NCBI GenBank assembly: GCA_964508305.1
Contig: CAZDSX010000001.1
Coordinates: forward strand, 43,388-107,387
Origin: an uncultured Bacteriovorax sp.
GTDB taxonomy: Bacteria; Bdellovibrionota; UBA1018
Direction of reading: 5' to 3'
Length of the DNA stretch: 64,000 nucleotides
The position numbers were made by a program, and so were the translations under genes. Position 1 is the first letter of the stretch. The number at the start of each line of letters is the position of its first letter. The notes under the pieces are model-generated. The model was not told where the DNA came from, ran no database searches, and was given only the letters and a program-made list of their open reading frames with translations. This document shows, piece by piece, positions 28,083 through 37,425 of the stretch.

Positions 28083-29249
28083 TTATAGCGATGCGCTCAA
28101 GATCTCTGCAACCTGTTTTAGGACCGCCACGTCGCTGCAAAGCGTGAAGCGGACAAAACCTTCACCGCCACGGCCAAAGCCGGTTCCTGGCGTGCTCACG
28201 ATCCCCTTGGTGCGAATCAGGTTGAGGACGAAATCCTCGGACTTGAGCCCTGCGGCAAGCTTGCACCAGACGTAAAAAGTTGCCTCAGGCGTCCGACAGG
28301 AGAGGCCCGCCTTGCGGAGCGCGGGGACCAGGATATCCCGACGCTTTTGGTAAATTGCTCGAAGCTCCGTGCAGAAGGGCTCGTAGTGATCGAGGGCTTC
28401 GATGCCCGCCTCCTGGCAGGCGTTGAAGATCCCGGAATCGATGTTGGTCTTGACCTTGGCCAGGCCCTCTATGACGCGAGCATTGCCCGCGACAAAGCCC
28501 ACGCGCCAGCCCGTCATATTGAAGGTTTTGGATAGGCTGTGGAACTCCACGCCCACGTCCTTGGCACCAGGCACCTCCAGGAAGGAGCACTGGGCCTTTC
28601 CGTCGAAAAACAGCTCCGAGTAGGCATTGTCGTGGCAGACGATGATCTCGTGCTTTTTGGCAAACGAGACGACTTCCTTGAAGAACTCCCGTGTTGCAAC
28701 CGCCCCGGTGGGGTTGTTCGGGTAGTTCAGGAACAGGAGCCTGACCTTGGGGCCCGTCTTCACGAGTCGTTCGAGATCTGCAAAGTCCGGCAGGAAGCCG
28801 TTCTCCTCCTTGAGGAGGAAGGGGAGCGGGATCCCATCTGCAAAGAGGGTGGCCGAGTTGTAGACGGGATAGCCCGGGTCGGGAACCAGGGCGGCCTCCC
28901 CCGGGTTCACGAACGCAAGCGGGATGTGGGCGATGCCCTCCTTGGACCCGATGAGTGCCAGGACCTCGGTGTCAGCGTTCAGTCCGACGCCGAAGCGCTT
29001 TTCCATGAAGCGAGCGGAGGCCCTCCTGAATTCCGACATCCCCCAGTAGGACGGGTACTGGTGGTTCTCGGGGTTTCGCGCGGCCTGTTCAAGCCTCTTG
29101 ATGATGAACTCCGGGGTGGGGAGATCCGGATCGCCGATTCCAAGGGCGACCAGCTTTCGTCCCTTCTTGATCTCCTCCTGCTTGATCTGGTCAATGCGGG
29201 CAAAGAGGTAGGGGGGCAGCTGCTTGAGCCTGTGGGTCATTTCAAACAT
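28083..29249 (-). CDS. dapL: LL-diaminopimelate aminotransferase, DapL type (class I aminotransferase)
   Basis: LPPYLFARIDQIKQEEIKKGRKLVALGIGDPDLPTPEFII...NHQYPSY.GMSEFR, SLSKTFNMTGWRVG (PLP Lys). Lies in a dapA-dapB context. Confidence 0.75.
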   Translation of the reverse strand: MFEMTHRLKQLPPYLFARIDQIKQEEIKKGRKLVALGIGDPDLPTPEFIIKRLEQAARNPENHQYPSYWGMSEFRRASARFMEKRFGVGLNADTEVLALIGSKEGIAHIPLAFVNPGEAALVPDPGYPVYNSATLFADGIPLPFLLKEENGFLPDFADLERLVKTGPKVRLLFLNYPNNPTGAVATREFFKEVVSFAKKHEIIVCHDNAYSELFFDGKAQCSFLEVPGAKDVGVEFHSLSKTFNMTGWRVGFVAGNARVIEGLAKVKTNIDSGIFNACQEAGIEALDHYEPFCTELRAIYQKRRDILVPALRKAGLSCRTPEATFYVWCKLAAGLKSEDFVLNLIRTKGIVSTPGTGFGRGGEGFVRFTLCSDVAVLKQVAEILSASL

Positions 29250-29977
29250 GAGAGTTTCTCCTCAAAAAAATCATCCAGGGTGAGCCATCCCGCGCCCGTG
29301 GGCTCGGACTTTTGCTTCTTGCCCAGCCAGAGGGCGGTCTCAAGAGCCCCTCGAGCAAAGATTTCGCGCGACTGCGCGTGGTGCTCGAGCGTGACGCGCT
29401 CGCCATGTCCATGGAACTCCACGCGGTGATCGCCGATCACCTCACCCGCACGGATGCTGTGGATCCGCTCGCTGGAGAGGCCCGAGGTGGCAGCGGCCAG
29501 GGTGATGGCCGTCCCGCTCGGGGAATCCTTTTTATGGATGTGATGGGTTTCCACCATCAATGGGCGGAAGCCCGAGGCCGAGAGGATCGGGGAGATGAAC
29601 TCCAGGGCCTTCCTCAGGGCCAGCACTCCGGTGGAGAAATTCGATGCCTGCAGCACCCGGGTTCGTCGGGCAACCGAGTCGAGCTCCGCCTTCTCCTGGG
29701 CCGAGTGTCCGGTCGTTCCAATCACGAGTGCAGGAAGCAGGCGCGAAGATGGTGCGCTTGCCAGTGCTCGGGTCAGCCTGGCAGTACCCTTGGGAAGCGA
29801 AAAATCCACCCACACATCGGCAGCAAGTGCATCCTCCCATTCCGAGTCATCCGACAGGGAGTGAAGGCTTGCGATGAGCTCCGAGCTTGCGGCGAACTCC
29901 CCTGCAATGAGGTGCGCGAGCGCCCGGCCCATCTTGCCGCGCGATCCGATGATGGCAATCCGCAGGCGCGCAGCCAT
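29237..29977 (-). CDS. dapB: 4-hydroxy-tetrahydrodipicolinate reductase
   Basis: IAIIGSRGKMGRA (NAD(P) binding). ETHHIHKKDSPSGTAI is the DapB signature. Confidence 0.85.
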   Translation of the reverse strand: MAARLRIAIIGSRGKMGRALAHLIAGEFAASSELIASLHSLSDDSEWEDALAADVWVDFSLPKGTARLTRALASAPSSRLLPALVIGTTGHSAQEKAELDSVARRTRVLQASNFSTGVLALRKALEFISPILSASGFRPLMVETHHIHKKDSPSGTAITLAAATSGLSSERIHSIRAGEVIGDHRVEFHGHGERVTLEHHAQSREIFARGALETALWLGKKQKSEPTGAGWLTLDDFFEEKLSCLK

Positions 29978-30898
29978 TTAGAGGGTTCCTCCGCCAGCCC
30001 GAAGCCCGCAGCGCAGGAGGCTTGCTTCGAGCCTCTTCTGGTTGTCGCTCGAGAGGGCCACGAGGGGAGCGCGAACCGTCGATGTGCAAAGAGCGGTGGA
30101 AGGCGATTCGCCCACGAATGCAAGCGATGCCTTGATGGGAACCGGATTGGACTCGATGAAAAGATCCCGAAAAAGGGGATAGAAGCGCTGGTGGAGCTCG
30201 AACGCCTCCCGGTTTTTTCCCTCTTCAAAAAGACGCTGGATGCGGACCATGGCCCGTGGAAAGAGGTTGCTTGCAACCGAGACCACGCCCACGGCGCCGG
30301 CAGCAAGAAGGGGAAGAAAGGTGGCATCATCGCCAGAGAAGATCTCAAGCGAATGTCCTGCCACCTGGAACTGGTCGATATATTCGGAGGCAAGCCCGAC
30401 GTTGCCCGTGGCTTCCTTGAACCAGCGGATGCGCGGGTGTGCCGCAAGCTTGGCCGCGGTTTCAGGAGGCAGGCTCACGCCCGTTCTTCCCGGGACATTA
30501 TAGAGCATCACGGGACAGCTCACTGAGTCGGCCACCTGGATGAAGTGTGAATAAAGTCCGGCAGCAGAGGGCTTGTTGTAATACGGAGTGACGATCAGGA
30601 CGCCATCCGCCCCGGCCTGTGAGGCCCAGCTCGAGAGCGAAACGGTGTCCGGAGTCGAGTTGCTTCCCGTGCCTGCGATCACTCGCGTGCCGGTGCCCCG
30701 GCAGGTGCGGATGGACTCCGAGATGAGGGTCTTTTTCTCCTCGGTCGAAAGAGTGGGACTCTCTCCCGTGGTCCCGCACGGGATGACGGCTGATACACCG
30801 GCAGCAATCTGGTCCTTGATCAGTCGGTCAAAGGCCGCCAGATCCAGCGATCCGTCGGCGTGGAAGGGGGTCACGAGTGCAGTGATGATGCCTTTCAT
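29978..30898 (-). CDS. dapA: 4-hydroxy-tetrahydrodipicolinate synthase
   Basis: MKGIITALVTPF...GVSAVIPCGTTGESPTLS, YNVPGRTG. Start ATG 30898 overlaps the lysA stop (ATGA). The long upstream extension in the tool ORF is rejected. Confidence 0.9.
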   Translation of the reverse strand: MKGIITALVTPFHADGSLDLAAFDRLIKDQIAAGVSAVIPCGTTGESPTLSTEEKKTLISESIRTCRGTGTRVIAGTGSNSTPDTVSLSSWASQAGADGVLIVTPYYNKPSAAGLYSHFIQVADSVSCPVMLYNVPGRTGVSLPPETAAKLAAHPRIRWFKEATGNVGLASEYIDQFQVAGHSLEIFSGDDATFLPLLAAGAVGVVSVASNLFPRAMVRIQRLFEEGKNREAFELHQRFYPLFRDLFIESNPVPIKASLAFVGESPSTALCTSTVRAPLVALSSDNQKRLEASLLRCGLRAGGGTL

Positions 30899-32196
30899 GG
30901 GCGCTCCCCTCGTAGCAGATCCGAGAGCTGCTCGCGATCCCGGATCACGCGGGCGCGCTTGCCGGAGACCAGGATCTCGGCCGGCCTGGTTCGCGTATTG
31001 TAGTTGCTTGCCATGCTCATCCCATATGCGCCGGCGCTCATGAATGCGACCAGATCCCCCGAACAGAGGCCCGTCGAAAGCGGGCGGTCCGAGCCAAAGC
31101 AGTCTCCGCTCTCGCAAACCGGACCCACGACGTCGGTTGGCTTTTTTCGGCCACGCGACTGGGATTGCTCGACAGGGAGAATGTCGTGGTAGCTGCCGTA
31201 GAGCGCCGGACGCATGAGGTCGTTCATTCCCGCATCCAAGATCAGGAAGTCCTTGCTCGGGCGAGGCTTTCGAAAGAGGACCTGCGAAACGAGGATCCCC
31301 GAGTTGCCGCTCAACACTCGACCCGGCTCAAGCAGGATGCGAAGGCGGTTCTTGAACGGAGAGCTGTTGCCGAAGGCGCGGACCACTTCCCTGCAGTAGT
31401 CGGAGATCCGGGGCGGCTTCTCATCCTTATACTGGATTCCGACGCCTCCACCCAGGTCGGCAAACTCAAGCGGCCTTCCGATGGTCGATTCCACATTGAG
31501 GATCTCGCGGCCCAGCATCGAAAAAGCCTCCTTGAGGGGCTTGAGCGAAGTGAGCTGGCTTCCGATGTGGATGCTCATTCCGCAAAGCTTGACGTTGGGA
31601 AGCGAAGGGAGCAGGGCCACGGCCTCGCGAACCTCCTGGGCATTGAGGCCAAACTTGTTCCGCTTGAGACCCGGGCTGTTCTACGGGTGGGTCTTGGCGT
31701 CGATCTTGGGGTTGAACCGGAGCGCCACTCGCGCCGGAGGGCGTCCGGTGGCCCTGGTCACGGCATCGATCATGATGAGTTCCTGCACGGACTCCACGTG
31801 GAAGGAGGTGATGCCCGGGCGTCGCCCAACATTATAATGAAGGCCCGCACTGATCTCCTCGGGGGTCTTTCCGACGCCTGAAAACACGACGCGATCTCCG
31901 GGGATCCCGGCAATCCTTGCGCGCTCAAGCTCTCCGCCCGATACCAAGTCTGCGCCGGAACCGAGCTTGCCCATCATCTTGACGATGGCGATGTTGGAGT
32001 TTGCCTTGAGCGCGTAGCAAATGGTCAGGTCCCGGATCGACGATAGCCCCGAGGCAAGGGCGCGATACCGGGTTTCGAAAGCCGTGGCGCTGTAGATGTA
32101 AAGCGGCGTCCCGTGCTCGCGGGCCAGTCGGTCCACCGGCATGCCGTCGGCGTGAAGGACGCCCTTGATGTACTTGAACTGAGGATGGTCGCTCAT
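30895..32196 (-). pseudogene. lysA: diaminopimelate decarboxylase lysA interrupted by one in-frame TAG (minus-strand codon 31683..31681) at the conserved Tyr of the HP-Y-ISTG motif; otherwise intact
   Basis: N-terminal part (YALKANSN, ...KIDAKTHP) and C-terminal part (NSPGLKRNKFGLN...EPGR..CESGD.F) are in the same frame, separated only by TAG where homologues have TAY. Confidence 0.6.
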
Positions 32197-32345
32197 GGTG
32201 CTCCTTGGGTGCTCCGTGGGGACGGTGAGGGTTCGGGTGAGAGTTCGGCTGCCGAGGGAACCGGCGGAAGCGGGGGCCCCTTGACCCCGCAGCCGGAGAT
32301 CAGCGCAGTAGCCAGCAACAGACAGGGAAGCAGGATTTTCAACAT
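32193..32345 (-). CDS. lptM: small Pro-rich lipoprotein LptM (YifL) family
   Basis: MLKILLPCLLLATALISGCGVKGPPLPPVP matches the LptM hallmark (signal + GCGxKGPLxxPP). GAGG RBS. Stop overlaps the lysA ATG (ATGA). Synteny with lysA/dapF is typical. Confidence 0.55.
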   Translation of the reverse strand: MLKILLPCLLLATALISGCGVKGPPLPPVPSAAELSPEPSPSPRSTQGAP

Positions 32346-32355
32346 GAATGCCTCA

Positions 32356-33429
32356 TTAAAACCTGAGATCAAGGCCAAGGCTGACTTGGTCCACGCCCAG
32401 ATCCGTGCGTAGGTACCACTGAGGTCCGACCTGGAGCGTGGCTCCCACGCCGAGGGCCACTTGGATTGAACCCAGGACGGATGCTGCCGCAGAGGCGGAA
32501 GGCTCGGTCCCCGACTTCGTCACCACAACGGGCTTGATCAGCCCACCGTAGGCAAAAAGCCCGAAGCTCTCGCTGTAAAGCCAGTTGTACCGACCCGTCA
32601 CGATGAGCGGTAGAAGGGTGTAGGAGTCGCCCGAGATGTCCGAGTAGTCGAGGATCTTCGAAACCAGCAGCGAGATGTCGAGCGACAGGCTGTCCTGGAG
32701 GCGTTTGTCAGAAAAGTAGATGGGGTGGGACAGGGTCCTTGAATAGCGGGGGCCGGCTGCGGCCACGTAAAACGCACCAGACTCGAACTTGGGGAGACGT
32801 AGAAACGCAGTGTGGATGCCCACGGAGTCGGTCTCGGGCAGGTAGTTGGGGGTTTCTTCGTAGGCAAGCACCTTGAGTTCCCGCTCTTCGGCTTCGGTCA
32901 GCGATTGAGCCGTTTGATCCTCGGCAGGTGGAGGTGCACCAGGCTGGCTGACGTCCAGGGGAGAGGGTTCGGGGCCACCTTTCCCGAGGGATGCTTTTTC
33001 GGCGGCTACTTGCTGGTCGAGTTCCTCGAGTGACAAGTCACGGATCTTGAGGATTCCCCGGAAGGCCCCCCCGATCTCTGGCTTGAAAAAGTCGTCATAG
33101 CTTCGGACACGCTGGGCGGCAAAGCGCGAGCCCCCGTCTGAGAGTCCCTGTGGTTCGAAGATCTTGATCACCCGGAGAGCAATCAGCGGACGAGGGCCAT
33201 CCTTGAGGAGGATCAGCTGCCGGTCTCTGGGAGCCTCCTGGGGCGAAGTGAACTGGAGGACCGCTCCGCTCGTGCTCTTCTTTTCAATTGTGAGATCAAG
33301 CGCACGAATCTCGATATCCGGGAGCTTCTCGTCATTGGCCCGAGCCGCGGGTCCGACCACCGAGAGGAGCAGGGTGCAAATTAATGCTTGAACCCGCAGG
33401 CGAATTGGAAGGAAGTGGGCCTTGTCCAT
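32356..33429 (-). CDS. hypothetical outer-membrane (beta-barrel-like) protein
   Basis: Signal peptide MDKAHFLPIRLRVQALICTLLLSVVGPAARA, alternating-hydrophobic C-terminus ending LGLDLRF (terminal Phe). Confidence 0.45.
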   Translation of the reverse strand: MDKAHFLPIRLRVQALICTLLLSVVGPAARANDEKLPDIEIRALDLTIEKKSTSGAVLQFTSPQEAPRDRQLILLKDGPRPLIALRVIKIFEPQGLSDGGSRFAAQRVRSYDDFFKPEIGGAFRGILKIRDLSLEELDQQVAAEKASLGKGGPEPSPLDVSQPGAPPPAEDQTAQSLTEAEERELKVLAYEETPNYLPETDSVGIHTAFLRLPKFESGAFYVAAAGPRYSRTLSHPIYFSDKRLQDSLSLDISLLVSKILDYSDISGDSYTLLPLIVTGRYNWLYSESFGLFAYGGLIKPVVVTKSGTEPSASAAASVLGSIQVALGVGATLQVGPQWYLRTDLGVDQVSLGLDLRF

Positions 33430-34375
33430 GGTCCCCCACAGTGTAAACCGCAAGCGTCCGGAATGTCTCAGCAAACTCCTTGCTTTGGCGCTCCTGCTCG
33501 TCATCCCGTTGGCGGTTGGGGCCGAGGAGCCGCCCACTCCGCCGGCGGGGGTGGACCTGGTGATCCTGAGATCGCGGTGGATGCGATCCCCACGTGATCC
33601 TGTGCTCTCGGATCAGCTGGCACAGCAGCTGTTCATGGAGGGGCGAAGGGAGGAGGCCTGCCGAATCCTGCTGGGAGCGCACGCCTATGCCAAGACACGC
33701 GCCGATCGGGAAATGCTGGCGTCCCGGGTCCGGGTCCTCTCGCGCTCATTCCTTTCTGCCGATGTTGCAAAGTCCTTCCAGTCGGGACTCAACGCGCTCA
33801 GCCTGGGGCGACTGCCGGCCGCGGGGGAGCGCCTCACACAGGTGCTCTCTTTGGAGCCCGGTCATGCCGATGCCCTGGTTCGTCGCGGTCAGGTTCGTTG
33901 GCTCTTGGGAAATGCAGACGGAGCTTTTGAGGATTTTAGCCAGGCATTTGGGGTCAATCCCTTTGCTCCGGAGATTCAGGCGTGGGTGGGGGTGGCTCAG
34001 TTTCGAAGAGGTGAGCGCGCGCAGGGATTCATCCAGATGCAGGCGGCCCTTCGGTCAGTCAGTCCTGAACAAAGGCGCGCTCATTTTTGGAGGGTTGCCC
34101 AGGCGGTTCTCCAGTGGGAGTCCGGACATCGAGGGCTTGCCCTCGAAAAGTTGTACGAGCTCGCCCGGGAGAGGCCGGGAGCACCATGGCTCTGGGAGTA
34201 TCTCCTCCGGGAGGGGGGCGAGCCTCGGCCCGCGGCGCTTGCCCGGGTGCTGCTCCGGACCCGACCTGAGCGAAGCGTGGACCTGGACGGCCCCAGCGGT
34301 TTGCGGCTTGAGTATTGGGACCCCGAACTCGTAAGAGAGAGGCTTTCGGCAATAAATCCAGTAGATAGCCGCTAA
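33428..34375 (+). CDS. secreted TPR-repeat protein
   Basis: Signal peptide MVPHSVNRKRPECLSKLLALALLLVIPLAVGA, then TPR-like helices. Confidence 0.5.
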   Translation: MVPHSVNRKRPECLSKLLALALLLVIPLAVGAEEPPTPPAGVDLVILRSRWMRSPRDPVLSDQLAQQLFMEGRREEACRILLGAHAYAKTRADREMLASRVRVLSRSFLSADVAKSFQSGLNALSLGRLPAAGERLTQVLSLEPGHADALVRRGQVRWLLGNADGAFEDFSQAFGVNPFAPEIQAWVGVAQFRRGERAQGFIQMQAALRSVSPEQRRAHFWRVAQAVLQWESGHRGLALEKLYELARERPGAPWLWEYLLREGGEPRPAALARVLLRTRPERSVDLDGPSGLRLEYWDPELVRERLSAINPVDSR

Positions 34376-34487
34376 TTGAGCAAAAATGACGCCCCGCAAA
34401 ATCCGGTGTTGACTCAAAAACACCCCGCCTTGCTTGACGGGATGCGGCCAATCAACCTAAGACCGTGCCTCAGTTTAGGGGGGGGAT

Positions 34488-35150
34488 GTGTTCAGCCAGA
34501 AGATCTTTATCGCTATTGCCGGGAACATCGGTACGGGCAAGACCACGTTGACCCAGATGCTGTCGCGTCGTTTTGGTTGGACCCCGCACTTTGAGTGCGT
34601 AGCCGAAAATCCGTATCTTGCGGATTTCTATAAGGACATGAACCGTTGGTCCTTTCCTCTCCAGGTATTCTTCCTGAACCATCGGTTCAGCGCACACCAG
34701 CAGGTGACCGAAGGTACCGACAGCGCAATCCAGGATCGCAGCATCTACGAAGATGCCAACATCTTTGCCCGAAACCTTTACGAACAGGGCCAGATGGAGG
34801 AGCGGGATTATCGAAACTACCTCCAGCTCTACCAGACGATGGCGAGCTTCCTTACGCCCCCTGATCTGGTGATCTACCTCAAAAAGTCGCTCCCCAAGCT
34901 GAAGGAGCGGATCGCCATGCGGGGTCGGGATTATGAGAAGGAAATCCCGGACGAATATCTGATTAATCTAAACCGGTACTATGACGACTGGATGCTGAAG
35001 TACGATCAGGGCAAGAAGCTTGTGATCCCCAGCGATGACTTGGATTTTCTTCATAATCCCAAGCACTTTGATCAGGTCTGTTCCATGGTCCTGAGTGCGC
35101 TGGATCAGAGGGATCTGTTCCTGGAGTCCCAGCCGAGCATCCTCGCCTAA
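34488..35150 (+). CDS. deoxynucleoside kinase (dAK/dGK/dCK family)
   Basis: P-loop IAIAGNIGTGKTTL, ENPYL..FY, FLNHRF, QDRSIYED match the deoxynucleoside kinase family. Confidence 0.8.
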   Translation: MFSQKIFIAIAGNIGTGKTTLTQMLSRRFGWTPHFECVAENPYLADFYKDMNRWSFPLQVFFLNHRFSAHQQVTEGTDSAIQDRSIYEDANIFARNLYEQGQMEERDYRNYLQLYQTMASFLTPPDLVIYLKKSLPKLKERIAMRGRDYEKEIPDEYLINLNRYYDDWMLKYDQGKKLVIPSDDLDFLHNPKHFDQVCSMVLSALDQRDLFLESQPSILA

Positions 35151-35228
35151 AGCGGTTTCGGGCCTTTCCAGAAGGTTCTGCTCAAGTTTTAGACGCTCCT
35201 CACCGTTAAGTGGTGTGAGGAGCCATCT

Positions 35229-35975
35229 ATGGGCGCACGCTTTCATTCTAAAAAACTCGCTTCCACTCTCGGTCTCTGGGCAGCCGTGCTGATTGCTACG
35301 GGGGGCCTCCAGGCCTGCTCCATGGGCCAGACCGCAGGCGAGGACGATTCCATCGAGCTTGCCGGCGGACCCGACGGTGAGGAGGTCGCAGAGACCGACG
35401 CCGCACCTGCCGAGACGGCGGAGCTCGCCGCTCAACCCGAGGTCAGCACGGAGGCTTCGGTCGAAAAGCCCGAGGAGCTCGCCGCGGCACCGGCCCCGGT
35501 GATCGAGGAGCCCAAGGTGGCCTCGGTTTCGCCAGCTCCTGCGCCGGCACTCTCCCAGCCGTCTGAACCGGCCGTGGGTGGCGAGAGCTACACGGTTCGC
35601 TCGGGCGACACGCTCATGAAGATTGCTTTTGAAAGCTATGGCGACCTGTTTGCGTGGAAGAAAATCTTCCAGGCCAACAGCAGCACCCTTCAGGACCCAA
35701 ATGTCCTTGTGGCTGGAACCACGCTTGTTCTTCCAAAGCTGGAAGGCCGCGCGCCCGCATCCATTCCCGAGGGCTCGGAGAAGTACAAGGTCAAGCAGGG
35801 CGACACTCTGGGCAGCATTGCCGGAAAAGTTTATGGCGAGAAGTCCATGTGGAAGCGCCTCTGGGAACAGAACAAGGCGTGGATCAAGAATCCAAACAAG
35901 ATTTTTGCCGGCTTCTATGTCTATTACTCGCTCAGCGAAGAGGACAAGGCGCGCGCCCCTGCCTCCGCAAAGTAA
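35229..35975 (+). CDS. LysM-domain lipoprotein (two LysM repeats)
   Basis: Lipobox GGLQAC, acidic/Ala-Pro linker, LysM 1 YTVRSGDTLMKIAFESYGD...W.KIFQAN, LysM 2 YKVKQGDTLGSIAGKVYGEKSMWKRLWEQN. Confidence 0.75.
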   Translation: MGARFHSKKLASTLGLWAAVLIATGGLQACSMGQTAGEDDSIELAGGPDGEEVAETDAAPAETAELAAQPEVSTEASVEKPEELAAAPAPVIEEPKVASVSPAPAPALSQPSEPAVGGESYTVRSGDTLMKIAFESYGDLFAWKKIFQANSSTLQDPNVLVAGTTLVLPKLEGRAPASIPEGSEKYKVKQGDTLGSIAGKVYGEKSMWKRLWEQNKAWIKNPNKIFAGFYVYYSLSEEDKARAPASAK

Positions 35976-35992
35976 CGGGAAGCACGGATCAA

Positions 35993-36039
35993 ATAAAAAA
36001 GCCGGTGCGGGAGTCCGCACCGGCTTTCTCATTTTTCGG
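35993..36039. terminator. bidirectional rho-independent terminator between convergent genes
   Basis: aaaaaa-GCCGGTGCGG-gagt-CCGCACCGGC-tttctcattttt. Confidence 0.55.
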
Positions 36040-36053
36040 AATCAAACGGCGGC

Positions 36054-36644
36054 TTAGTTGCCGTGCTTGAAGGAAGTCAGTTCCAGCGTCAGCTCGCCGA
36101 TCTGGGTGGCCATGATCTGCTTGAGTGCGCCGTCCATGACGGTGTCGGCGGGGTTCGCCCAGATCTCGATCTTGGAGACCTGTGCCGTCTTGGCAACGAT
36201 GTGGACCGCGGCGAAAGTTCCTGCCGGGACGGTCACATCACCGTAATCCTGGGAGATGACTTCGAGCTTGTCGTTGGGGACCTGAACTTCCTTGCCGTCC
36301 TGGATCATCTTGATGATGCGGCCATCCACGCGGCTCATCTGGACGTCCACGATCTGCTTCTGGAACTTCAGGTCGATTTCCTGGTGGAGCCAGATGGTGT
36401 CGCCTTCTTCGCGATCCACGAACTTGGTCATTGCGCCGAACTTCCCGAGGAAGCCCATGCTGACCTGGTATTCCATGCGGTCGCCCACCTTCCAGTTGAT
36501 CAGGTTGAGCGGAGCAACCTGCGTGAGTGCGACGAGGTCCTGCGTGCCGAGCGACGGGATTTCGGCGTGTGCGGTGGTGCCAGCTCCGACGGCTGCGGCA
36601 AGCGACAGTCCGAGGGCGAGCTTGAGAGAGTTGATTGGGTTCAT
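36054..36644 (-). CDS. secreted hypothetical protein
   Basis: RBS aGGAAAGG before ATG 36644. Signal peptide MNPINSLKLALGLSLAAAVGAGTTAHA. The N-terminal extension in the tool ORF is rejected. Confidence 0.5.
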   Translation of the reverse strand: MNPINSLKLALGLSLAAAVGAGTTAHAEIPSLGTQDLVALTQVAPLNLINWKVGDRMEYQVSMGFLGKFGAMTKFVDREEGDTIWLHQEIDLKFQKQIVDVQMSRVDGRIIKMIQDGKEVQVPNDKLEVISQDYGDVTVPAGTFAAVHIVAKTAQVSKIEIWANPADTVMDGALKQIMATQIGELTLELTSFKHGN

Positions 36645-36705
36645 GTTGAGTTCCTTTCCTCTTGGTAAGTCGTGATCCCGTAAGCTACCCTCGGGAAAAT
36701 CCAGA

Positions 36706-37425
36706 ATGCAATCCACCCAGCGACAAAAATCCGTCATGACGCGCGTGCTTCCGGTGTTGGTCCTTTTGCTTGGGACTTCTTGTGTTCGCGTTCCGTTGGG
36801 CCCGCCGGCCGGCCAGGGCCCGGTCTCCATCCGGCTGACCTCGGGCTGGCTGCCCGCGGAGCTGCGGGTGGCTGTTCCGGGCGCGCTTCCTCGGCGGGAT
36901 CTGGCGGTCGAGGCGGGGATTCGAGCACAGGCACTTCGACTCGCTGAGGCGCGCCCGGGAAGTGTAAAACTTTTTGTAGCGCAGGATGACGCGCCACAGC
37001 CCGTCTACCTCCAAGAGGGCGGGGTGTGGTGGTTCAGTATCCAGGCGCTCAAGCTGGTCCAGTTCGAAAATGAGTTCGCAGCCCTGATTGCCGCGGCGCT
37101 GTCTCTTGCCGAGAGCCCCGCTGGAGGAGCGGTGGATTCCGGGAACGAAGCGGAGAATCCCTGGAAGCCCGTGACGCGACTCATGGTCAGGAAACTCTAT
37201 CAGTCGGGCTATGATCCGCGCGGCGTGCCGAGTCTCTGGCGTCGTTGGGGCGTCGTGGTGAGGCAGGGCTTCAGGGCGACTCCCAAGCAGTTGGCGTGGT
37301 CGACCCTCGCTCTTGAGCTCGAAGAGGAGGCCCATGCTGAAATCGCCAAACTTCCGCCGCTCATGAATCCAGTTGTCCGCACGCCAGAGTTTGCGAAGAT
37401 CGAAAAGAGGCTTCAAAAACTGTGA
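36706..37425 (+). CDS. hypothetical lipoprotein (co-operonic with amgK-murU)
   Basis: Signal/lipobox VLVLLLGTSC. 4-nt overlap with the downstream kinase gene. Confidence 0.45.
   Translation: MQSTQRQKSVMTRVLPVLVLLLGTSCVRVPLGPPAGQGPVSIRLTSGWLPAELRVAVPGALPRRDLAVEAGIRAQALRLAEARPGSVKLFVAQDDAPQPVYLQEGGVWWFSIQALKLVQFENEFAALIAAALSLAESPAGGAVDSGNEAENPWKPVTRLMVRKLYQSGYDPRGVPSLWRRWGVVVRQGFRATPKQLAWSTLALELEEEAHAEIAKLPPLMNPVVRTPEFAKIEKRLQKL

Noticed and set aside
29978-31117. The 379-aa version of dapA with a 73-aa N-terminal extension overlapping lysA
   Set aside because: Extension is Arg/Gly/Pro-rich junk. The conserved DapA N-terminus starts at MKGIITALVTPF (ATG 30898), which also gives an ATGA overlap with the lysA stop.
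32197-32355. Possible lysine riboswitch (L-box) leader upstream of lysA
   Set aside because: The interval is occupied by the small LptM-like lipoprotein gene coupled to lysA. No L-box-like conserved helices were recognised.
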